A stretch of 64,000 bases of DNA from Camelus dromedarius (taxonomy: Eukaryota). The notes under the pieces are model-generated. The model ran no database searches. It was not told the DNA's origin and saw nothing but the letters and a program-made list of their open reading frames with translations. Each line of letters begins with the position of its first letter. Within the stretch, counting starts at the first letter, position 1. This document shows positions 1-61,504 of the stretch, piece by piece. The stretch is taken from assembly GCF_036321535.1 (NCBI RefSeq), contig NC_087447.1, positions 36,086,001 through 36,150,000 of the forward strand. Direction: 5' to 3'. Made by a program: the position numbers and the translations under genes.

Positions 1-19
1 TTTAAAAAATTGGATTGTC

Positions 20-500
20 CATAGCAGTTTTATTCATAATAGCCAAAAAATGGAACAACCCAAATGTCCATCAGCTGATAAATGGGTAAGCAAAAGTGTT
101 ATGTCCATACAATGGGACATTTTTCACCCATACAAAGGAATGAAGTCCTGATATATGCTACAACATGGATGACCCTTGAAAACATTATGAATAAGAGAAG
201 CTGGACACACAAAAAGTGTATGATTCAATTTATATATGTCCAGAAAAGGCAAATCCATAGAAAAAGAAAGCAGATTAGCGTTTGCCAGGGGATGGAGGGA
301 ATGAGGAATGATTGCTTAATGGGTACGGGGATTTTTTGGGGGGCGGGGGATGATGAAAATGTTCTGGAATTAGAACATTTCAGTGTTCTTACCATAGTAG
401 TGATTGATGGTCACATAACATTATGAATGTACTGAAAGCCAACAAATTGTACATTTTTAAAAGGTTAAAATGGCAGATTTATGTTCTGTGTATTTTACCC
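20..500 (+). mobile_element. old L1 (L1M-type) 3' end
   Basis: ttattcataatagccaaaaaatggaacaacccaaatgtccatca...acaacatggatgacccttgaaaacattatg: typical L1 ORF2 tail and 3' UTR. Confidence 0.85.
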
Positions 501-2292
501 CCCCCTTTTTTTTTTTAAAGAAAAAAGGAAGGCACTGGTCTCCCTGATCCTACCATCCTGCTCAGGCCATGTTACTGTTGGATTCACATTTGGGTTAGTG
601 TTCGAGTGAGAGATCCCTCCCGAACTGTGGGTCTCCTTTTTATGGATTTAGCATGAAGGCATGGTGTTTGACACCATGCAGTCTAGATTAGGGCTGTTAG
701 CTGCTTATAGGAGTTGTTTGAGAAAGACAACTGCCTAGAACCTGGAGATCTCAGGAGATATGGAAAGTTGCAGTCTCTGCTATCAGAGAAAAAGAAGCAA
801 GCCCCTGGTCCTTTAGCGAGCTGAGTTTAGGCTCAGCCCTTCCACTGGCAGAAGGCAGAGCCCCTGTTTGTCCAGGCAATGCAGTGTAAGCATCCAAGTC
901 GCTTTCAAATAACCTTGCCCTTTCATCACACCTCCATATATATACACTTAGACACCTCCACAATGTATGTATGCATTGTAGCCATAATACATAGATTATC
1001 TTGAATTTAATAAAATATTTATAAATGAATCTGGTTTATTCCATTATCTCTATATGTCAAATTCTGACCTTCCCAGCACTGGGAAATCATTTATCCACTA
1101 AGGGGAAACAGAGTATTCCAGGTGAGCTAAGATTACCATTCCAGGTGAACTGTGGTTATCATCTTAACCAAGCTGAAGTTTGTGGGTTGACCAGAATTAT
1201 ATACTGTCCAATGATCCACGACTGGAACTCAGAACCCAAGAGCTACATGCTTTTTATCTATTCTGCAAATATTCAGTCTGAACTCTTTTTTTATAATCAC
1301 TGAGATGGTAGAGAGTTCCTAAAAATCCTTTGAGACCAGAGCGACCATACCTGTTTTACAGTTGAGGAAACTGAGATGTAAAGAAGTTAAGGAATTATTA
1401 ATTTTTTCATGTAATAATGGTATTGTAGTTAGTTAAATGAACTCATATTTTAGAGTTATTAAGGTGATAACCATAGTTATCTAATCTGACTAACTTTTGT
1501 TTCATGGATGAAGAAACTCAGATTCAGAAAGTGACTTATCTCCAATTAGTATTTTCTTCATTTTCTTTGCAACTTTAAACTCCTAACATAGAATGCCAGT
1601 GCTTTCACTATAAAACACCACTGCTTTCCCTCTTGCAATCTGTAGTTTAGACTGGTTACTTCTGATTCAACTCATGTTTTCTCCACCTTTTCCTTTGGTG
1701 GGGGCAGGGCTGTAATACTCATTTACATCCCTTTTATTATCTCTTTGTATACATCTTTTCCTACTCATTTTTAATATTTCTCACAGCACCATCTTTATTT
1801 TCCTTATTTGGGGTGTTTTCAGAAAGCATCTTGTAGGACTAATGAGGACTGGTAGTTTTCTAAAGATAGAAAAAAATTCCCCTAGCAGGGTCTGGGGAAT
1901 CAGATCACATGAGAGTTACAGGAAATTGCTAGTTGCTCAGATGCTAGGAATTAACTAGGCTCTGGGCAAGATGAGTTTTAGCAGGAACATGCTCTTATAT
2001 TTTGTTTAAAGTATAGGGGGAATGATCAAGGAGTAAGCAAATTGGTTGTGAGAGACATGAGTCAAAGCCAGGTAAGCAAAAACAAACATGATTTGATCAG
2101 CTGATCAATTAGAGTGGAGATAGATTACTAAGGTATACGTCAGAGACTTTACTAAATGGCACAATGTCTGAATTCAGGTGGCTTTGGCTCCTTAGAGGAG
2201 TCTAACTGTGGCATTGCTGAGGAGGTGTATAGTTCTTGAACATTCCATTATACTCTGCTCTATTAAAACCCCATCTAATAATTATGTTTGAA

Positions 2293-2330
2293 CACAACAT
2301 TCTAAGAGGAGCACAACATTCTAAGAGGAG
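2293..2330. repeat. perfect 19-bp tandem duplication (cacaacattctaagaggag)x2
   Basis: read directly. Confidence 0.95.
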
Positions 2331-3725
2331 GACCACTGCCAGACCAGTGTGTGTCTTGCAAATAGAAGGCTACAGTGTTAAGGATCTAGAATCTAGTTAA
2401 AGGAGCTATTGAAAAGACTGGAGATACTTTGCCTGAAGAAGAGAATAATACTGGTGATAAGTCACACTCTGAATGTGAGTTTCTTCATCTATGATAAAGT
2501 TGGCTGTGCTAGTTGATTTCCAGGATCCTTTCAGGAATGATATTTAAAGTTTGGAAAGTTGCCATGTAAGATAAAAAGTGGACTTTTTTTTTTTTTTTTT
2601 TTAAAGTTTTGGGTTTTGAACATAGGTTCTCAAACCAGAGTAGAGTACCTTAAAATCATGATATTCTTTTAAAAAAGATGAAATAGTGTTGTATTAAATT
2701 TTTCAATATATTGAGTGTGTTACTTTGTGCTACCTTAAGTAGCTCTTTTTTGCTGAATTTTAATAGACAAGTGGTGACAGATGCTAAAAGTTAAAATATA
2801 TTTTATAGAAAGCTTAAAATTCTCTGTTAAAGGAAAAAATTTAATTTAGTAACTCAGTTTTAAAATTTATTGTTCCAAAAAGTAGAACAAGGACTAATGG
2901 GGAAGAAAATTCAAAGAGGCAGGTATTATAGTTAAATATGAATAAAGGAACTTATAAATAGCCATTTGGTAATGATCCTTCACATGTAGTTAATGCATAG
3001 TTATTGGAAATTTTCAATCAGAGGTTTGGTGTGCACTTGTTAAGGTGCTCTAAAAGAATTTTTATATTCAAATAAGAATTTTAAGCCCCTTTATTAACAC
3101 TAAGGTTTAATCATTTTGTGTACAGGAAGATAAAGTTTGGTTTGATTTAGGCCAAAAGGGGGAGGTAAACAGAGCACTAATAATAAGCTGACTTTGGAAG
3201 TCTGTGGTACAAACATTGGCCTGGAACTTTTAATTTTTCATACACCATTCATCTCTATTTAAAAACTCTTCCCTAAGGTTCATATTTTTTGTTGGGAAAT
3301 AAGATAGCAGTGCCTATTTTTTATAATTACTTTACGTAAGTATTCATTTCCTGTAAGAATTTTACATTTTGTGGTAAAAACTCTGAAGGGTGTTTTCTTT
3401 CTTGCTCAGCAGTCTTACTTCCTGTTTCCTTCTAGTGTCTTTTGTTAATAATAATCTAAATACTTTAGTTGAAATTTTTGTGACCAAGATCAGGAAAAGG
3501 CATAGTACTTAAAACTGTCTTCTGGCAATTTAAATTTAAATCATGCTTTTAGTTAATAGCTGTAACTTTAGCTACTTTGAGCAGATTTCAAAGGTTTTAG
3601 TAATGAATCAAATTATTTTCATATAATGGTTTTGCAGAATTCTGTGGCTGTTGATTCTAAAAGTTGATTACATTAACATTGTAAAAATTTATATTTCCAT
3701 TAGCACAATGTCTAACATTAGTTTT

Positions 3726-3858
3726 TGTTTGTTTTTTAGGGGGGAGGTAATTAGGTTTATTTATTTTTTTATTCATTTTTAGTGGAGGTACTGGAAATTG
3801 AACCCAGGACCTCGTACATGCTAGGCATGCACTATACCACTGAGCTGTATCCTTCCTC
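3726..3858 (-). mobile_element. tRNA-derived SINE (camelid Vic-1-like)
   Basis: Pol III A/B boxes on - strand; perfect TSD ctaacattagtttt at 3712-3725 and 3859-3872; TT/AAAA nick site. Confidence 0.9.
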
Positions 3859-4254
3859 CTAACATTAGTTTTAAAGAAGAAGTAAACTTCACTAAAATAT
3901 GATTTTCATTGTCTAGCTGAATGTAGTACACTATTTGAATAGCTTACTGAAGTCTATAAAATTTTCAAAAAATTCAAATAAGGAAATAACCACCTTTGTT
4001 CTGAATAGCAAATGATATGTTTATATTCAATGCTTAAAATATGTTCTTTGAAAACTTGGTATACTATCTAACTTCATGGGTAAGATAGCATGAACCTTGG
4101 ACTTGTGTAGGTGTAAAGCTTTCCAATATTGTTAAAACTGCATTATAGAGTATGTACTCTTAAGTTTTTATGAATTATTTCAAACCTTCACCACTTTCCT
4201 TAATCCTTAATCTACCCTTTCCACCTCTCTTCTAATAGGTGACCTCACTACCCT

Positions 4255-6372
4255 TTTTTAAAATTAAATTATAATTGACCTACAACACTGTTAGTTCCAG
4301 GTGCACAACATAATACAGTGATTCAGTATTTCTGTACATTACAAAATGATCACCATGATAAGTCTAGTTACCATCTGTCACTAGACAAAGTTCTTACAAT
4401 ATTATTGACTATATTCCCCATGCTGTACATTTCATCCCTGTGACTCATTTATTTAGTAACTGGAAGCTTGTACCTCTTAATCTTCATTACCTATTTCATA
4501 CATCCCACCTCCCCCATGCTCTCTGTATCTATGAATCTGTTTCTGTTTGTTATAGTTGTTCAAATATATATATTTGTTTTGTTTTTTAGGTTCAACATGT
4601 AAGTGAAATCATGTGGTATTTGTCTTTCTCTTGTCTGATTTATTTCACTTAGCATAATAACCTCTAGGTTCATCCATTTTGTCCCAAATGAGATTTCATT
4701 CTTTATGATTGAGTAATATTCTATTGTAGATACATACCACATCATTATCCATTCATCTGTCATTGAACACTTAGGTTGCTTCCGTATCTTGGCTATTGTA
4801 AATAATACTGCAGTGAACACAGAGGTGTATATATCTTGTCAAGTTACTGTCTTTGTTTTCTTTGGAAAAATACCCAAAAGTGGAATTGCTGGATTGTATG
4901 GTAGTTCTACTTTTAATTTTTTGAGGAACCTCCATGCTGCTTTCCATAGTGGCTATACCAGTTTACATTCCTACCAACAGTGCACCAGGGTTCCCTTTTC
5001 TCCACATCCTTGCTAGCACTTGTTATTTGTCGTCTTTTTTTTTGATAATAGCCATTCTAGGTGTGAGATGAGACCTCACTGTGGTTTTGATTTGCACTTC
5101 CCTGGTGATTAGTGATGTTGAGCATCTTTTTCATGTGTCTGTGGCCATCTGCATGTCTTCCTTCATAAAATGCCCATTTTAAAAATCAGGGTTTTTTTTG
5201 ACATTGAATTGTATGAGTTCTTTGTATATTTTGAATATTAACTCCTTATCAGGTATATCATTTGCAGATATCTTCTCCCATTCAGTAGGCTGTCTTTTCA
5301 TTTTTTTGGTGTTTCCTTTGCTGTACAAAAGCTTTTTAATTTAATGTAGTCCCATTTATTTATTTTTGCTTTTGTTTCCCTTGCCTGAGGGGAGACATCC
5401 AAAAAAAATTGCTAAAACCAATGTCAAAGCACATACTGCCTATTTTCTTCTAGGAGTTTTATGGTTTCAAGTCTTGCATTTAAGTCTTTAATCCATTTTG
5501 AATTTATTTTTATATATGATGTGAGAAAGTAGTCTGGTTTGGTCCTTTTTTCATGTGGCTGTTCAGTTTTACAAACACCATTTATTGAAGAGGCTGTCTT
5601 TTCACCTTTATATATTGCCTCCTTTGTCATAGATTAATTCACCATGTGAAAGTGTGAGTTTATTTCTAGGCTCTCTGTTCTGTTCCAGTGATCTATGTGT
5701 CTTTTTTGGTGCTGGTACCATACTGTTTTGATTACTGTAGCTTTGTAATGTAGTTTGAAGTCAGGGTGCATGATACTTCCAGCTTTGTGCTTCTTTCTCA
5801 GGATTGTTTTGGCTGTTGAGGATCTTTTGTGTTTCCATACACAGTTTAGAAGTATTTGTTTTAATTCTGTGAAAAATATCATTGGTATTTTGATAAGGAT
5901 TGTATTGACTCTGTAGATTGCCTTGGGTAGTATGGTCATTTGAACAGTATTAATTCTTCCACTTCATGAGCACAGTGTATCTTTCCATTTGTGTTGTCTT
6001 CAGTTTCTTTAATCAGTGTCTTACAGTTTTCCAAGAGCATGACTTTTACCTGTATTGATTAGATTTATTCCTAGGTATATTATTCTTTTTGTTGGAGTTG
6101 TAAATGGGATTGTTTCCTTAATTTCTCTTTCTGCTAGTTTTTGTCAGTGTATAGAAATGCAAGAAATTTCTGTATATTAATTTATTAATTATATTAATCC
6201 TGCAACTTTACTGAATTCATTTATTCTAATAGTTTTTTGTTGGTGTCTCTAGGATTTTTTTTTCTATATCATATCATGTCATCTGCAAACAGTGACAGCT
6301 TTACTTTTTCCTTTTCAATTTGGATTCCTTTTCTTTTTCTTGTCTGATTGCTATGGCCAGGACTTCCAATTA
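4255..6372 (-). mobile_element. 5'-truncated L1, about 2.1 kb, decayed ORF2 plus 3' UTR
   Basis: Minus-strand ORF pieces [47 protein letters not shown] (RT FADD motif). Confidence 0.95.
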
Positions 6373-6976
6373 CCTTTCTTTTAAAAATAGTGAGGTCAAA
6401 GCCATTTTTTTGTATGCACTTGCCCACCTCAGATTTATTTGCCTCTTCTTTCTTGGAGGGAAGAGCTGTTCTTTCCTTTTTCCAAAACTTAACTTTTTTC
6501 ACCTCTTTTCTTGTTCCTTTCTCCCCAAAGTATTTCAACCATTATTCTTTCAAAGAGAATTTGTACTTACTGGTTTTCTAGTCTCTCATCATCCTCTCTT
6601 GTTCCTATCATATTGCAGAAACTTGTTTCTGGTAATATGAATACTAATTGCCAGTCTAGTGACCATATTCACTGTAAGTCTTTTTGCTTCATTTGCAACA
6701 ATTAACTGAATTCTTATTCTGAAAATTCTCTTCTGTAGCCCTAGTTAAATCTACTTAATACTTTTCTTCCTCTAATTTTTGACTCCTTTTCCTTCTCTAG
6801 CTTCTAAACATAGGCATTTCTGTAAGACTTTGTCCTTCATTGTCTTTAATATATTTCATCTTTTCTCTCTTGGTCAGAGCTTTATTCTTGAGGTTCCAAG
6901 ATACAGAGTTTGAAACCTACTGGTCTAGACTCTTCTTGCAGCAGTGTGACTCCTTGGCTATCTGTGATTGAGATGC

Positions 6977-7490
6977 TGTTATGATTAATTTTATGTGTCA
7001 GTTTGACTGGGCTATGAGGTGCTCAGATATTCGGTCAGACATTTTGGGTATGTCTGTAAGGGTGCTTCTGGATGAGATTAATATTTGAATTGTTAGACTG
7101 AGTAAAGACAGATTGCTCTCCTTAATGGGATGGGCCTTGTCCAAACAGTTGAAGGCCTGAATAGAACAAAAAAGCTGACCCTACCACCAAAAAGGGGGAA
7201 TTCCTTCAACTTGACTCCCTTTGAGTTGAAACTTTGTTTTTGTTTCTGTTTTTCCTGCCTGTGTACTCAAACTGAAACATTGGATCTTCCTTGGCCTGCC
7301 AGACTCAGATGTAGAACTACACCATCAGTTCTCTTGGGTCTCTAGTTTGTCAACTGCAGATCTTGAGACTTGTCAGCATCTATGATCACATGAGTCAATT
7401 TCTTATTATAAATACCTCTGTGTGTGTATGTATGTATATGTGTGTGTATATATATATGGAGAGAGAGAGAGAGAGAGAAAGAGAACAGGA
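6977..7490 (+). mobile_element. MLT2-like (ERVL) solo LTR ending in (TG)/(TA)/(GA) microsatellite
   Basis: tgttatgattaattttatgtgtcagtttgactgggcta... gttgaaggcctgaatagaacaaaa match the recalled MLT2 consensus. Confidence 0.8.
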
Positions 7491-7665
7491 ACAAGAGAAA
7501 TGATGCTAGTGGGTGCAGCCTCTTAGGTATCCCTAAGCCTCCTAAAAAGACTGTCTCCTATTGATGGAGCTTGAATCCAGAATCCTTTAGGTTGGGATAT
7601 TGCTCTCTTAGTGATCCTGACGGATGCTGACAGCAATTAGCAGAGAGAAGTTTCCCTGTAGAAAA

Positions 7666-7788
7666 TTGCAGAAATTGGATGATTCCTAATTCTATGTCTT
7701 TAGCTCCAGAGTAGAATTTTATGATAGTTGCAGAAATTGGATGATTACCAATTCTGTGTCTTTAGCTCTAGAATATATTTTATAATAG
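7666..7788. repeat. diverged tandem duplication, about 62-bp unit x2
   Basis: ttgcagaaattggatgatt...tgtctttagctc..ga..a.attttat.atag at 7666-7727 and 7728-7788. Confidence 0.9.
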
Positions 7789-8609
7789 AATATTTCTAGG
7801 TGATACCCAAACATCTACATGGATTTCTAAGTCTAAAATATTTACTATAAAACTCAGTATCTTCCCCCACAAACGTCTTCTTTGTTTCCTATATTAGATA
7901 ATAACATTAGCAGTTTTTTATTTTATCACTTATCTCTTTTGTTCATTGAAAAATATTTAAGGACAAAATGTGAGGGTTACAAATATTAACCATTAACAGG
8001 CTTTATCCTTAAAGAACTTGGGTTAGAAGAGGGAGATAGGATGTATGTGCATATAACTGTATTATAAAATAGAAAGCCACATAAAAGTTTGTGCAAGATC
8101 AGTGGAGAAAAGAGACGACTTGATGTTTAGGTTGTCTGACTGCAGTTGGAGGGAGGGATTGGGAGCAACAGTTGAGGGAGTAGGTGTAAAATTAAAAAAA
8201 AAATTTTTTTTTGGTTCCAGAAAAAGTGGAGAAGACAAAACATGTTAACGTTACTGTACGATATGAAATCATTTCAGCCCAGCTGTTTTTTTACTTCAGA
8301 ACATTTAATTTTTTTTATTCTATTATTATCTAGATGTATGACTAGAGAATTAGTTATTATAATCTATTTCTGCCAATGTCAGTTGAAACTTATAACTTGC
8401 TTTAAAGGACCTAGTTCATGAAAAATGTGTAGGAATGCCACTGAGATTCAAGATATGTTAATCAGTAGAATATGAAAAACAGAATTAAGAAAAGATGGTT
8501 ATTGGGTCAAGCAAAAGTACAGATTTTGTATAGCATTGCTCCTGCAAAGGTCACAATGCTGTTTTTTCTCATGTTCTAAAGTTTTTTGTTTGTTTTAGGA
8601 GACTATTGT

Positions 8610-8881
8610 GAGGTAGAATGGCCTAGTGATTAAGCATGTAGTTCTGAAGTTAGGTTATCTAGGTTGAAATCCTAACTGTTAAATATATGAGCTGTGTGAC
8701 CTTGTTGGAGTTAATTAACTTCTCTGTGCCTCATGTTTTAATCTGTAAAATGGGGATAATAATAATAATGGCGCCCTACTGCTAGAGCTTTGTGAGAAAT
8801 AAATAATACATGCATATATGCATACATAACTAAATTTCTTACAGCAGACTCTGACAGTAATAAGTGCTCAGTAATTGCTAG
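8610..8881 (+). mobile_element. MIR SINE
   Basis: core gctgtgtgaccttg...aacttctctgtgcctca..ttt..atctgtaaaatggggataataat. Confidence 0.85.
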
Positions 8882-9630
8882 TTTTTTTTTTTTTAAATCG
8901 TGGTAAAATCCATATAACAAAATTTACCATCTTAACCATTTTAAAGTGTATGATTCAGTGGTATTAAATACATTGCTGTGCAACCATCACCACTTTCCAT
9001 CCCCATAATTCTTTTCATCTTGTAAAACTGATATTCTGTACCCATTAAGCAGTAACTCCCCATCTTCCCCTCCTCCTAGCCCCTGGCAACCACTATTACA
9101 CTTCCTGTCTCTGATTTTGAATACTCTAAGTACTTCATATAAGTGGAATCATATAGTATTTTTTTTGTGACAGGCTTATTTCACTTAGCATATTGTTTTC
9201 AAGGTTCATCCGTAGTAGCATATTGCAGAATTTTCTTCCTTTTTAGGTTGAATAATACTCTGTTGTATGTATTTTCCTCATTTTGCTTGCCTATCCATTC
9301 ATATGTTGGTGAATACTTGTATCACTTCCATGTTTTAGCTATTGTAAATAATACTCCTATGAACATGGGTGTACAAATATCTCAAGACCTGCTTTCAGTT
9401 CTTTTCGGTGTATATCTAGAAGTGGAGTTGCTGGATCATGTGGTAATTATATTTTTAATTGTTTGAGGAACCATCATACTGTTTTATACAGTGGCTGTAC
9501 CATTTTGCATTACTATCAGCAATGCCCAAGGGTTCCAGTGTTTCTACATCCTCACCAACATTTGTTGTTTTCTGTTTTTTTAATGGTAACCATCTTAATG
9601 GGTGTGAGGTGGTATCTCATTGTAGTTTAA
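8882..9630 (-). mobile_element. L1 3' fragment (L1MB-like)
   Basis: poly-T followed by aatttaccatcttaaccattttaaagtgta...gggtgtgaggtggtatctcattgtagttt. Confidence 0.9.
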
Positions 9631-10439
9631 ATATTACTTTTGTAGTGATAATAATTAGAAAAAGCTTATTTTTTAGAATCTGATATTAATAATGAAAATT
9701 ACCACTATTCTTTTTTAGGAGATGCTTAAAGGAACTACATGGTGCCTTATATTCGTTCAGTGTTTTATGAATGCTATGCGAAGTTCGTTCATTATATGGA
9801 AGTAAATTATAACTTGTTTTTGGAGGAAGCAAAACATTCAACAATTTAACCAATGGTTGGGTGCCTTCTGTACTGGATATAAAGTTTTACAGAAATATAC
9901 AATTTAATAAAAGTTGATTCTTGTCTTCAAGGAGCTTCCACATTAGGGCAAATATAAAACAGAATGTAATGATATGGTGTTTGGTTCAGACTAAGTGCTT
10001 AGAAGTGCTAAGAGGGAAGAAATGCTTCATACTGAATACTCAAGATATTGTAGATGAAGTGACATTCCATTGGGCCTTAAAAACTAATAGATCTTTGACT
10101 TGTGGGGGAAGGTTAGGAGGACGGCATTCAAGACAAAGTTTCAGAGGCAACATAGTTCAGTTTGTGTTTTATAGGAACAGAATATGATTCAAGCTAACTG
10201 GGACATAGTATTCATTTAGGAAGTTCTGGGAAATATGATTGGATTAGATGGTAACAAATTTGGAGTGTCAAACCAGAGGGCTTGAAATATAAAAATCCAT
10301 TTTTAGGAAAGTATGGTCTATTTGCTATAGTGCTTGTTTCTGTAACACAAATTTGCATATATAATTGGTAAATGGGATTGATGTCAGTATAATGGGAAAG
10401 TAACATTAGTTCAAAAATAATCTTTCCAGTATGTTAACA

Positions 10440-10830
10440 GTTTAAAGCAATCAAGAACAAACTCTCTCATAGTTAAAAAGAAAGCCTTAGTAAAGGAAAT
10501 ATTAAGGAAAACACTGAAAATCCTGCAGAAGTGAAAATGGTGATTGAATGAGTAACTTCAAGATTGCTTCCACATTCCTCAGGGTTAAGCATTCTGGTGA
10601 AGCAGTGAGTACGGACAAAGAAGTTGTCAAAGACATTTTGTTTTGTATTGAGAACCTTGGTGCAGAAGTCTACATCCTGGATTATATTTTTAACTTCATT
10701 TTGTCTTCACTAGAAGCAAGTGCCCTTAAGAATCCATATAACAAATTAGGAAGCAGAAGTTCCAGAGTTTAAGGAGGCTTCAAAGGATTGAAGACCATAA
10801 TTCTAGGTGCAAATTCAAGTGGAGATTTAA
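10440..10830 (+). mobile_element. Tigger/pogo-family DNA transposon fossil (transposase fragment)
   Basis: Frameshifted translation IVKKKAL...GEAVSTDKEVVKD...YILDYIFN..LH*KQVPLRIHITN*EAEVPEFKEASKD*..IILGANSSGD. Confidence 0.8.
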
Positions 10831-11868
10831 TTGTGCTAGTGTTTTTATAAGGACTTGATATTGTTTTAGTTGGGGCTTTGACTACAGTTACACTGATTTT
10901 GAGTAGTCTGCCTTAACTCTGTTTCCCATGAGCTCTGTTATTTGTAGTTGCGATTTTTCTAGAATTCAAGGCTGGCGGTCCCTCTCCAATGTGCATATCA
11001 CATTCTAGCTGAAAGGGCTCTGCCACATTTTAAAAGCAGCAAATTCATAAAGGAATTGTTGCCCTGAGTTTTCAGTTTAATTTCCTGACAAAATCTTCTT
11101 GTGTGTCATGGTCATTGAAATCCATTACAGTTCTTCAAATTTATACACGGTGATCTCATTCACTTATTTTTGAATTGAGAATGGTCCCATTTTAATTTTA
11201 AAGGAAATCTACATTTGAAATTTGTGCTAAATCAAGTATTTTTATGTAGTAAGTCAAAACACCTCTAAATGGACTCTGCTTGCGTGGTGAATTTATCTCC
11301 CTAAGTGTTGCACACAAATTTTGATCAGACATAAACTTTTGAAGGACTGTCAGGATGTTTGTACATGTTTATTAACGTAGAAAATGCCCACTAACTCCTA
11401 AAACTCATTCTCTTACATAAAGAACCAGCTGTTTCTTGGATTTTGGGGCCTCACTTGAATGTATAGAATTCCTGACCTACTAGAGGAGTCCCAAATGGGC
11501 TTGATCTCTTCATTTTCTTAAAACAGAGGGTAATCCTTTCATTTTATTCGACTGTTAATTTTCTGAAGTGTTCATTTCTAGAAGATTTTTAATGGAAATG
11601 TCCTTAGCATTCCATTCTTATTGACCAATACAACATGCAGCCTGTTTCTACTTTTGAGCAAGTAAAACCCGTGAACTTTAAAATAAGGTTTAGTTGGCAT
11701 TACTTTTACAAAGGTGGAAATCCATACTTTAAAACTTTGTTATTGATACGATTTATTTTACCGTCATTTCTTTGTACGTATTTTCGTAAAAATATGTCTA
11801 TGCTGTATTGCTCTTTAGCATTTTGGGGATCTTTTACTTTTAAAATAAAAACACTTTTTTCATTACAG

Positions 11869-61504
<49,636 letters not shown>

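Noticed and set aside
4560..6538. Minus-strand ORFs at 4560, 5424, 5634 and 6269 (also 34685 and 35103) as genes
   Set aside because: They are broken pieces of L1 ORF2.
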